From the NCBI GenBank assembly GCA_009103225.1, contig RHPI01000560.1:541465-605464 (forward strand): a DNA stretch of 64,000 nucleotides, in the 5' to 3' direction. A program made the translations under genes and the position numbers. Below are positions 46,942 to 58,165 of the stretch, piece by piece (within the stretch, counting starts at the first letter, position 1; the number at the start of each line of letters is the position of its first letter). The stretch is from Chlorokybus atmophyticus. Lineage: Eukaryota > Plantae > Mesostigma and Chlorokybus algae. The notes beneath the pieces were generated by a model that searched no databases, had not been told where the DNA came from, and worked only from the letters and a program-made list of their open reading frames with translations.

Positions 46942-49260
46942 GCGATCGACCGCGCCAGCTACATCGCCGCCGCAGCCATACGCGAGGACATGCTTACACC
47001 TGGAGTTACCAACAGCCGGTTCGCAACTGGAACCAACTGGCACCAAAACACATCAGGTACGGCGTCTGTTGCTATGCAAAACTCGTTCTATCAGTCAGCA
47101 AAGTTTGAAGTGAACAAATGGGCAACTTGTCAGGCACGGTGAACGGTTTTAGGATATCAATTAGTGTCACAATGGTCAAGAGTAAAGTAAATTTGCCACA
47201 TTTTTACTTACAGCTATCAAGCGGGCCTCGGAGCGCGCTGCTGCGTTCCTGTAGGATGCCTCAGCCACCTGCGGCGGACGTACTGTCAGTACGGTACCGG
47301 TAATGATGGTGCTCAGTCCACCCTCTCTAAGCGAATGTTCTTCATCTTCGGATATTGTCAAGAGCTAATAGCTGGGTAGTTCTCTTGCGTTTGAGAGCAT
47401 GAACGCCAAGAGCACAACATGATAAAGAGCATAACATGATACAAATGTATTACTGCGATGATACCCATCACATCACGCCCATCATGCCATCATGACCATC
47501 ACGCACGTTACGCCTGATACCTTGCCTATCACGCATTATGTCCCATTTATCTGACAACGTGACACACGCTACTCCTTCGACAATGGAATAACGCTCATCA
47601 GCTGGAACTTGCGACAGTAGCTCCTCCCTACCTCGTTGATGTTGGCATAATCTATGTTGTGAGGGGTTATCGCGTCTCCTATCGGGGAGAGAGATCATAC
47701 TTCTCCACCTCTGTGGTGTGGAGGTGGAATAGCTGCAGCTGGGCCTGGACAGGCCTTTATCCCAACGGTTCAACCGTTAACGGGTAGCCATGCAGACGCA
47801 GGACTTTCATTGCAAGCATGAGACTCTGATTATCGTGTGGAACCGTATAAGAGTAACCGAGCTGCCTAACCAGCACTGCTGAACAGCGCATGGAGTGTTT
47901 GCATTGGTGTCATGGGAGGCCATGCTCATGCTCATCATGAGCACGGCCCTGACACGAGATGGTTTCCGTCGCTTTGTTCCGCCGGGTTGTGGTGCACTGC
48001 GTGACAGAAACAATTTCTTGGCCAGCAAGCCTTAGCAATCATGAAAGTGCCAACCACTGTTGCTGAATCGACAAGCGTGCGCATGCATGCCTTTGGCTTC
48101 GTGTACATGCGTGCTGCACTGTACACGCACGCCTACGGCGCACACACACGCCACACATATGCGTGTGCATACTTGCCTGTGAGGACCCAGTTCTCGCAAG
48201 CTACGAATAGCGCACGCACGTGCGAGTATGTGCCTGCGTGCGCGCGCACATGCAAGCGTGCGAGTGGACAGGTGCAAGTGAACATGCGCATGTACAGACC
48301 ACCTGTTCGCACGCAAGCCCCAAAACCTTGGCTTCCGTAACTCTAGCGACTCACTGGCAGCTGCGTGTCTCGGTCTCCTCCTTCGAAGAGAGTCTGCCCG
48401 GGCCTCAGCGGCGATGGTGAGGGATCTGCCCTGGCTGCCTTTGGTGGCGTTGGCCTCAGCCCAGCAGGCGCTGTTTTCCGGCCGCGCGCAGGTCGTTCTT
48501 GAGCACATTCTGCTCAGAGACAGGGGGCCAGCTGCGCCCGGCCTGTGCGCGGTGTGCAGGGCCTTCAATCTCCCCGTGATCGGCGCTGGCCTGCGCAGAG
48601 AGTGAGTCCGAAAGCGCCAGGAGTTGCTCCCTCATCAGCTGCGCCCACTGGCGTTAGGCCCACCTGATAGACATGGGTTCCTGTAGTGACGCCCAGCAAA
48701 ACAGAGATCAAGCAACTTCACCGGCCACTTGGCAAGGAGGGGGTGCGTGGGAGCTGCAGCTCCTGGTTCAATACTCCAAGTCCTCCCTTCAACTTGCGCC
48801 AGCACCTCCACATGCGTTGCCTCGCATCCGTAGGGAGAGACCAGATGAACCAGTCGAGGAATCTGAGACAGCGCTTGCAGCTCTCCATATGCAGGACGGT
48901 GTTGCACCCATCATTAGTCACTGACGACCATCGCGAAGACGCATTGAACAGCACTCTGCTTGCTGCTAGTACACAGAACACATAGGTCACAAGACTGCTG
49001 CATGGAGTGCAGAGTATGTCTAGTCGTGTGTGTTGTTGTGAAGTCGGAGAGAGAAAAGAGTGCATGTGTATATATATGCACTCTGTTTGTGTCACACATG
49101 TACAATGTTTAAGTGTGGCACACACGCAATCGTATGTGGCATATATATTGACCGCAAGCTGCACAGGGCATGCCTATCAAGCCACAGCACCTCTAGGATG
49201 CAAGAACTCAACACAGCAGTCCCTACATTGCACAGACCCACTGCGTACGTCGCTAGCCGC

Positions 49261-50450
49261 TCAGCAGTCTAATGTCTTAGCGTGTAACGCAGCTGCTACT
49301 CCAACAGCAACTGCGGCACCCACTGGTAAAGCCACCACAGATAGTACTGCCAGCCCCGCAGCCATGCCACCACCGCCAGCAGCAACAGGACCACCCCCAA
49401 GCCATGCCAAAGCAGCAGTCGTTGCTGCTGCGCCCTCCAGGCTGGCAATGGCCACTCCACCTGTAGTGCAGAGTGCAGTTGTGATGCATGGCGTGATGAC
49501 AGGTAGCCGTTGTCCAACAATGCACATTGCAGAGTGTGTAGCAACGGTGTGCACCTGCAGTGGTGCCAATAAGTCCAGCAGATGTCAACAGTAATGAAGG
49601 AACTGCTGCAGCAGCGCCCACGCCAGCAATGACGCCGGCGGCCGTCCTGGCTGTCATAGCCCCCCAGATTGTCATCGCCTGCAATAAATCTGTTTTCAGG
49701 AAGCTCGCAAGGTACTACGTGTTGCAGGGCGAAGTGGCCCACCCGGGGTAAGCGTGTTCCATTGCAAACACTCACTGTGTTGTGAACGTGCAAAACGCTG
49801 AAGACTTTGTCTACGAGCAACAATGCACTCAAGAGCTAAGCTATGTTGTGAAAGCCGTCATGCACGGTAGGAAAGGTCTTGGTCCCTGACTAGCAAATTC
49901 AGTCAAGCTGTGAAATGTCTGAAGTAGTCTTGAAGCAGTCATGCCACGCTGTCAGAAAAAGCCAATGGCAGTTCACTTGGGCCATATCTCTTGCCGTTAT
50001 TGAATGTGTTCTGTACGTGTAGGTCACCTGTGTGCGGCACACAAAGTATACCTCTTTACACTGTGCAACATCAAAAACGCCAGCCAAGTGCATGTGGCTC
50101 ATTACATAATGCACGCTCAGCTTTGTGTTCGCGCGTCCAGTGCACATACCTTTGCTCCGTTGCAGCCAGTCAAACGAGAAGGAGTACCTTACTCCCCACT
50201 TGCAGCTGCGCGTCTCCCTCAGTTTCTCTGGAAGGCAGCCGAGCTTGCCGCTGAACGATTGCTACCTCACACTGTGCGCCTGGCAGGCCAGCTAGACTGG
50301 ACTGGACAGCACTGTTGAGCACTGACCAGCGGAGCAGCAGCGCAACAACAACACAAACGAAGGTATGGGCGTACTACATACGCACGCCCAGCAGCGCTCA
50401 ATGGGGCAGGCTCCACGCCGGAGACTTTCCCAGACCCAGTGAATGCTGAC
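49261..50450 (-). CDS. Gly-zipper-like membrane protein, copy C; core intact, 5' part uncertain
   Basis: TAAGVIAGVGAAAAVPSLLLTSAGLIGTTAG/GVAIASLEGAAATTAALAWLGGGPVAAGGGGMAAGLAVLSVVALPVGAAVAVGVAAALHAKTLDC*, with the same intron position as copy A. Confidence 0.6.
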
Positions 50451-51869
50451 ACAGGGAGGGCGTACATAGTACGCTAGTGCGTGATGAAATTTCGTCACGC
50501 AATCCCGCAAGCGTCAAAGCAGTGATCGTCACGTCACATCACAAATCACAACTAATAAATCTACCGAGTGCAGGACCAGTGTACCCTCCCGCGTTGGCCT
50601 CACTTGAGAATTAAATTACTTGACGTGACGAACGCAATCTAGGCTCGCATAATGCACCAGCGTTAGGGCTGGGGCCGAACCTAGGTTTGAGCATGACCGA
50701 ACGAACTAGAACAGGAACCTGAAACTTATCGTTACTTTCAGGTTCATATGACCTTATTTTGCTCTTGCAAAACAATACAAGCGACATTCATGAGTGACAG
50801 CGACCGAACCATCGAGATAACGAATAAACATACGAACAAAACCTTTAAGAGAACGTACATAAATTCTACCATGAGGCATACATTTATCAACACGACTACA
50901 TGCATCATCCAACACAAAGCATTGCATAATTAATGGCATGTACTTTGCCACACAATATGTATATGAAAGCATGTATTGGACATTGATATGGCGTCGAGCC
51001 ACGCTGTGTCACGTGGTACGTAGAGTAATGCATCAATACAGCGTAACTATGCGTGGTATTGCGTGACAGCAAAAGGTTCGTTCTCGTTATGCGCCATGCA
51101 TACATAACGAACTAAGAATGTTCCTTCAACCCTGATTTCGTTCTATTTTTTGACTATAAAGGTAGGAACGAACAAAGAACATTCTTTGTTCATGCTATGT
51201 GACACAATACAATGGCTATGTCCCAGCTCTAACCGGTGTACAATTGTACGCATGCAGCAACGCTCACTGCACTCTGAGTTTCGGGAGAAGTTTGTGGTGG
51301 TGGTGATTATGTTACTAGGCCGCGTCTCCCGTGCAGCTGGCCCATTAGCCTCAGTAGCCGTCTGGGGTAAGCTGTCTTTCTATCGTGCTGCTGACGGTTA
51401 AAACCAAGTAGCAAAACTTGAGTTTGTACACAAAATGTGATGTGGGGTGGTGCATGCATAGTACATGCACATGTGTGTTGTACTGCATGCAACACTGTTG
51501 AACTGTGCACCGCTTCCCGTTTTTAGCTACTTGCCAATGGGTGATTGCTTTGTTGTTGCGTGCGACACACGCTTGGATCTGTCATCACGTAGCGATGTCA
51601 AGGTTTCGGTTCGGTCTGCATTAGCCTGATTTTATGACAAATGCATAAGTGCTTGGGCATGCTGCTATTGGCCTCGCCTCTCAAGTGGCCCTTGGCATGG
51701 TCGTATTATCGATGAGCAAGCGTGCTGATCGTCACAATGAGGTGGTCGCTCAGCAGTGCTACACTCCAATTAAGCTAGAGCAACAGCCACAACTACCGCG
51801 CTCCCATGGCCGAAACATTGGCATGAAGCTGAATGCACCTAAAGGCCGCCATTCCTGCTCGTCAACTGG

Positions 51870-51965
51870 TTATTATTGTCACGGAGGGCCGGAGGGAAAG
51901 GCGCGTCAGCTTAGTGAGGTTAGAGGTGGATGTGCCTGCGAGCATCGTTGGCAGAGTCATTAACA
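51870..51965 (+). pseudogene. Isolated KH-domain exon fragment
   Basis: LEVDVPASIVGRVINT. The nucleotide sequence agaggtggatgtgcc.gcgagc..c.t.ggcagagtcatt matches 11562-11603, and upstream 51745-51830 matches 11395-11460. Confidence 0.75.
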
Positions 51966-52320
51966 CAGATGCCACAACGTGACATCGACCGTAACCAAGT
52001 AGTGCACTGGCGCAGACTTTCTTGCAACTAGCCGCTCTTGCAGGTGACAACCGTTCGGAAAGAAACATGACGTGGTGGCTTACAGAGCGCTCAACATAGC
52101 AAAACCTAAAAGCAAAAACAGAGAGCTTCTACCCTAACCGGGCGTGCTGATGCTTTGCTGAAGCAGCAACAGCAACAGCTCTTCGTATTCTTGCGCTGCA
52201 ACGCAATGCTTGCCAAAGAAGTCACGACTGGTCCCCGGCTGAGGCAAGTGTGAATGCCACTCTGCACAACAAGAACCTTATCTAATATAAGTCAATGGAG
52301 GCAGCAACAATCATCCATAC

Positions 52321-52414
52321 AAGTCCATCATGGCCCTTGCGGCAGGCTTGCCGCAAGGGCCATAATGGACTTGCCTTAATGGACTCGCCTTAATGGACTC
52401 GCCTTGATGGACTT
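52321..52414. repeat. GC-rich hairpin followed by 14-bp tandem repeats
   Basis: aagtccatca-tggcccttgcggca-ggct-tgccgcaagggcca-taatggactt, then (gccttaatggact)x3. Confidence 0.9.
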
Positions 52415-52781
52415 GTATGATACGTGCCCCTTGTCGCTGGCCTCAACCGGGTTGTCACTCCACGCGTATCGCAACATCAAACACGATGTTAGTGGCATGT
52501 CTGTCAATAGGCTAACGGGACCCCCACAATGTATGGTGCAACGTATGCGGTGACACAAGCGCAGGTTGGTTGGCACGTGCATTTCAACACACAGCAGCAT
52601 TGACTTTGTACAGTTAAACTTTTACTGTACAGAGTGTGCACACAATAATATGATAGCATGCATAGCTGCCTGCCCAGTAACAGACATATTCCCCCGCTAA
52701 GAGACTTCGCTTCAAGAGAATAACCCCGTTTATAGCATAGAATGTGAGATTGCCAATGGTTTTACAGGCAAATTTTGGTGC

Positions 52782-53139
52782 TTAAGAGAATATGACTAAC
52801 CGCGAAGAGCATTTTTTATTTTCATAAAATTCTTGCAATCTTGAGTGTGCATATTCCCAACTTTAAGGGAGGATACGTGACGAGTGTCGCATAAGGCGTG
52901 ATGAGCGTGACAATTAGGGCGTGATGGGCAAAATGTGACGCGCAACCAGCGTGATGGGAGTAACGGTGCAACGGGCGCGACGTAATGCGCGTGACGTAAT
53001 GGGCGTGATGGGCGTGATGAAACCGCGTTTACAGCATACTTATGCTCTTGACATCCAAAAGCATATTATGCTCGTAAATGCCGAGAGAATTACCCCGCGC
53101 AGAGCATAAGATAGCGGAGGATAAACAGTATGCTCTTAA
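52782..53139. mobile_element. Possible MITE bounded by TTAA
   Basis: TTAA|gagaata ... tatgctc|TTAA, with internal GAGCATA/TATGCTC motifs in both orientations and a gcgtgatg repeat array. The TIR is short and imperfect. Confidence 0.35.
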
Positions 53140-53234
53140 AGGGGGTAGACTGTACACAATGTGATACACCACACTGGTTCCAATCGCAGTCCACCTTGGT
53201 CGCAGTCACCATGATAACAACTGTACCACACTTT

Positions 53235-53236
<2 letters not shown>

Positions 53237-53286
<50 letters not shown>
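53237..53286. repeat. (TA)n microsatellite
   Basis: Directly visible. Confidence 0.97.
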
Positions 53287-53288
<2 letters not shown>

Positions 53289-53364
53289 AGCCGCTGCCAC
53301 CACCGTTGTTTCACTCGTCTGTGTTCTAGACATCCGGCTGGAAACAAGAGTGGTCTAAACCTCC

Positions 53365-53803
53365 TCACGTGCTCATGGTCAGCGCTAGCCTCCAGCCTTC
53401 CGCAGCTAGCTCACTCAAAGCGCCTTGGACATCCTCCTCCGCGCAGTCACTGGCCTCTGCCAGGGTTTTCAGCAGGTTAATTTCGATCTCGATCTCCCAG
53501 GATACCTGCGCGGTGTGATGCGTTTATACACACCTTTGCCCACCGTTGTCCATGTTCTGTGCACTAGACATGCAATGACAAGAGTGGTCTAACACTCCTC
53601 AAGTGTTCATGGCCAGCGCTAACCTCCAGCCTTCCGCCGTCAGCTCATGCAAGGCGCCTTGGACATCCTCCTCGCTACCACCGGCGTCCGCCAGGATTTT
53701 AGGCAGGCTGAATTTTATCTCTTTCTCCCAGGTCACCTGCTTGGGCACACGCCGTGTGTGCATGCAAGCGTGCATGCACAAACCAAAACATGCAGCAGCA
53801 ACG

Positions 53804-53836
<33 letters not shown>

Positions 53837-55623
53837 TTCATGCAGCAATGATAACAACAACAACGAAAACAACTACTACTGATGCATTTCATCACCGTTG
53901 GCTGCTCGTTGGTTGCTGTAATTGAGGTAACTTGTGTCAGGTAGACCTTCAAAGACCCTTTTGCAAAGCATTCCTTCATGATGTGTCGCTAAGCGGACGT
54001 GATACCGGTCGTGGCCTAAAGGTTTGAATCGGAGATACCCGTCGGCGCGGGACCGGTGGTTCCAGGCATCCAGTACACAGTCTTTAAGCTCCGCAGCCTC
54101 ATGAAGCTGCCCAGAATAGACAATTTGCTGCGCACTCTGAACAGCACAAAAATGCACGGTTTGGGGCATGATGCCCCACCGCATGTATGTGTTACGGTCG
54201 GCTCTGCTGCTATAAACTCACCATTGCATGTTTGATCTCCAGGACTATGCGAAAGTCTGTCAAGTCATCAGATCGTAAGAAGGAAAGAAAGCCCCGCCGA
54301 TGTCTGCAAAATTGAGACATGTATCAGCATGCCCATACGTGTGAGTGCATGTTTGTGCATTATGTGGTGCGATCGAAACATTGCACGTGATGCACATGAA
54401 TGTGGCGCACTGCCAGTTCACCTCCCTTTCTCAGATTGCCAGCCAATAACGTCTGCATCATCGCCTTCGCCTGAGTAAGCAAGCTTTACTTTAACGCCTT
54501 TTGTGGCGACGCTTGACGATCGTTCATATGCACAGACACTGAGTGTTGTGGACTGTAGCCTCATAATGCCTGCAGTTCCAGCTCAATACATGTAAATGTG
54601 ACACAACACAGCACGTGTATGTACATGTGTGTGCGCATGCAGGTGCGTCCATGGTTGCATTGCATACGCGGCAAGGCCAAAGTGTACATGCAATGTTTAC
54701 CCTTACATGTTTAGCCAGTCTCGAATGCTGCTCACATGGGCTTAAAGTCCGTTGGTAGTATACTGGAAGGCAATGTCTTTGGGCAGCCTGAAGCTGTTGA
54801 GCTCCTCTGCTGTGATAGTGACATCTGCACAACAAACACAACGGTGAGTAGGCAACCTGCACACATACATGTACAAAACTACGCGCACGGGCGTGGTTGC
54901 GTGTCATCAAACCCACCTCTTCTCCAAGAGCTCGCGCCCGCACTCAGGCGCGTAAAATAAGTCTTGCCGAAGCGCAACATCAGCCGAGTGCGGTGGCTTC
55001 CACTCTCTCGTGCATCTTGCATTGCCTGCATCACTTTTGCAGCAAATAACGGCTCATGCATTGCCGGCCTGATGCCAAAATGCACCAATGCTGCAGCCTT
55101 CAGGTTCCGGCATCGTAATCTGGCCGTGGCGCAGCCACCTGACCTGCACGCATTGTAACCTGTTGCATGCTTCCATGCACACACACATGGATGCATGTGC
55201 GTGTGTGCCGCGCATCAGCGTGCACTCATTGTGTGTGCATGCACCTGTACTACACACATTATGACTGTACACGCACGCTTCAAGCAGCTGTACTGTGGTG
55301 ATTGTGCATGTACATGACAATACAACCACTGGCAGAGAGTCTTGCCTGGAGTAAACAGAGTAGTCACATTCTTCTGCGGCGTCTGAATGGAACGTGTAAA
55401 GCTGCTGTTCAGTGTGGCGAGGGTGTTCAGGTATGAGTTCTCTGGTAAGCACTGAGCTGAATCGCCGGAATACAAGGCTCTGAGGAGGAGGCTGGTGTTC
55501 CGCCCCTGTCGTTGGTTCTATTGTGTCGGCGGTTTTGAAGCAGTAGCATGCCCAGTCAGGGTAGTATCCCTCTGCTCGTGTCTCCTTCACGTGCCCCGCC
55601 ACTTGGCGCACGAGGCCCGCAAC
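53365..55623 (-). pseudogene. Inverted paralog of the uncharacterised domain of the KH gene, lacking KH, with a tandemly duplicated last exon
   Basis: VAGLVRQVAGHVKETRAEGYYPDWACY...FRRFSSVLTRELIPEHPRH, LMLRFGKTYFTRL, TTNGL*AH (in-frame TAA where the left copy has AAA), RRGFLSFLRSDDLTDFRIVLEIK, VTWEKEIK...LAMNT* (53599-53736), and a second last exon VSWEIEIE...LTMST* (53365-53505). Confidence 0.8.
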
Positions 55624-55787
55624 CTGTTTGGGGGAAGCTGCGACCTAGTAAGTCAATCCACAATGAGAAAGTGGGAAGGCCGACATCCGTCCATGCATGC
55701 ACCACGTGAAGTGCGCACTGCAGTTGCTGCCTCTAGCAAGGGAGCAACCGATTCAAGTTATCAGTGAGCAATGACCAGTGGTTCTAC

Positions 55788-56600
55788 CTGTAGTCACGCA
55801 GTAGCACCAGCAGGTGCAGGTGGAGCTTGAGTGGCAATCTAGTCATGAATGTCTCGGTTGTCTTGGATGTGTGGCCACACAACTTGCGAGCCAGCTCAGC
55901 AAACGTACCGAGCACATCCAGGGTGGACTGATCAACATTTCCTGCCAAGCCATAGCCAAAATCAACAGCTGCAGGGGCAGAGACCATAAGGCAGAAATAA
56001 GAGTATGATTTGTGGGATTTGCACACCTCCACTCTGATTGTAGATGATGAATGAGCTGATGGTGAGCACCAGCGCACCGAGCGTGTTGTCAACATTGGCT
56101 CTCTCTTTGCCGACATTCCACAAACCCTCCGTGTCCAGCACAAGGGTCACTTCTTTCTTGACATCGTCCAACCGACCCCAGCACCAGATGTTCGCCGTCT
56201 GAAGAGCAGCCAACAATGTCAATAACAGAGTAGAGACAGTGTGCAAATTGCATTGGTAGAATCACGACCATTTACTTCGAGAGCTGTATTCAGCGACCAA
56301 GACAGACAATGCTAGCTCTGCTTCTACTTACCTGGGCGTGCAGTGAGTGCCCTACTTAGAAGCCTTGTTGTGGTGTTTGTGCGTGCCCCCAAGCACGAGG
56401 CGACTCGCAAGGTCTGATTGGCCGTGGCGCTTGGTGCCGATAATAGTGATGACTTTGACAGGATACTGTTGGTTTAGCCCTGTCAATACAGACTCTGCAA
56501 GCTCGGTGATCATGGGGATGATCCGTTTCCTGTCGTCAGCTTCTGCAACGCCCTTGTTGGTATTGCGGTCACCCACGTCAATGAAGAAGCATGGTTCAGG
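55788..56600 (-). pseudogene. Truncated guanylate-binding protein (GBP)/atlastin-family GTPase N-terminal domain
   Basis: EPCFFID...ELAESVLTGLNQQYPVKVITIIGTKRHGQSDLASRL (G1, with K replaced by Q); TANIWCW...VTLVLDTEGL...DNTLGALVLTISSFIIYN (G3); GNVDQSTLDVLGTFAELARKL; LLVLLRDY (GBP W-x-x-RDF-like motif). No downstream helical region is present. Confidence 0.8.
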
Positions 56601-56924
56601 CGAGACGAGTACGACGTCCAGCGGAGGGTATAAGAGGGTGAGGCACCTTTCAAACCAGCCATGCAGCCCGCCACGCCATAGCTATGACATACACCACAGA
56701 GAGGTCGCAATAGTAACTCACAGTTGCCGGACACTTGCGAGTGCTGCTACACGTGCAATAAGCATTACGCTCGCAAGCGTCAAATCAAGTCATATCGTTT
56801 GCATTATTCAACTACTCGCCGGGTGCACTACTACCTGGTACCTTCAACACTAGCGCACCCTGCGTCAGCCTCGTATGAAAAACACTTGGAGGAACTGCTT
56901 TATTTAAGGCTTGCATCATGCACC

Positions 56925-57410
56925 AGCGTACAACTTACGCGCATGCAGCGACGCTCACTGCACCTGCGTCGAGCTTCCCTGAAATTGTTGTTAGTGTTCA
57001 ATCGCTAGGTCTTTCCGTGCACGTGCTGCTGAGTGCAGCACCCGTTGCTGCTGAGCCGCGCTAAGGGGACAGAAGTGCAGGAGGAGCAGGCATTCATCCC
57101 AGGAGCTCACAACTTGAAGAAGTGGCCTTGTCCAGCTAGTATTGTGGCATGGAGTGATGGTCTGCTTTGTACGACTGCGTGGAACAACACTTCCTGTGAG
57201 CTGCACTGGCTGTCAACGGGTGCTTCACCTAGTGGTCGGTTGCTTTTGTTGCATGCAACACGCGTTTGCATCTAGCACAGGCGTCTTGATCTCAGCGATG
57301 CCAGGGTCTTGCTTTTCTGTGCATGAGCATGGGTGTGAGCAAGAGCAAATGACAAAAGCACAACTTGATGCATGCTGCTGATTGGCGTCGCCGTGTAGCC
57401 GACAGTTTAA
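56925..57410 (+). repeat. Diverged direct repeat of 51237-51700
   Basis: Both share gtacaa...gcatgcagc.acgctcactgcac, tgctttgttg...gc.acac.cg.ttg.atct...agcgatg.ca.gg, and gcatgctgct.attggc.tcgcc in the same order. Confidence 0.65.
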
Positions 57411-58165
57411 GTGGCAACTCGCACAGCACTAAGCACCGCTGCACAGTATATATGAACCAGCCTGTTAGTCATGACAACAGTGATAATGCAGCAGTTCTGT
57501 CTGTCATGCACTGTGCATGTCTTTTAGCGCATACATGCACATACGACGTCAGCGCAGTCATCAGCAGGCTTTTCTATCCGTTATCCTGTCCAACGAGCCG
57601 CCAGACTATTGCATTGCTTTTATAGGTTTCGGCACTGATCCTTTCAAGCGTGTTCGTGTCTGACTTGTAAAGTGCATGCCCTTGTATGCAAACAAGCAAC
57701 TGCACGTCACATGTACTTGCTTGGTGCCATTGCAGCTAAACGAGGCTCCAGACTTGCGTGACTTCATTTTGAAGCTTGGACCCATTCATCAACTATTGCA
57801 TGCGCTTCTTATGGTATGCCAATAATACCATCACTCAAGGAACCACTGAGGGTCTATTGATGAGGATAACCATGGACACAATAAACGAGCCGCAGGTGCA
57901 TGCGAGTAGCAGCAATTTTACAGCACTGGTTACACCTACTACGAATTTAAAGCAGAGTTGTTGTTGCTGGCCTGAACGAGACCCAACTGCCAGTCTTGGG
58001 TCAAATGGGCTAGAGGTAAAGTGTAGGCTGTAATGCTGCAAGGCTTGCCACGGGATTTGTGGTTGCAAAGCGCGTGCCTGCACTTGGAGAAACAGGCAGG
58101 TTTGGCAGGCCATGCGAGTCTAGTCAGTTGCCAAGCAATGGCCGGACTATACTAAGCGCAATGCT

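Noticed and set aside
47250-48900. GC-rich exon-like fragments on the minus strand (LRFLDWFIWSLPTDARQRMW...)
   Set aside because: No continuous frame or recognisable domain could be assembled.
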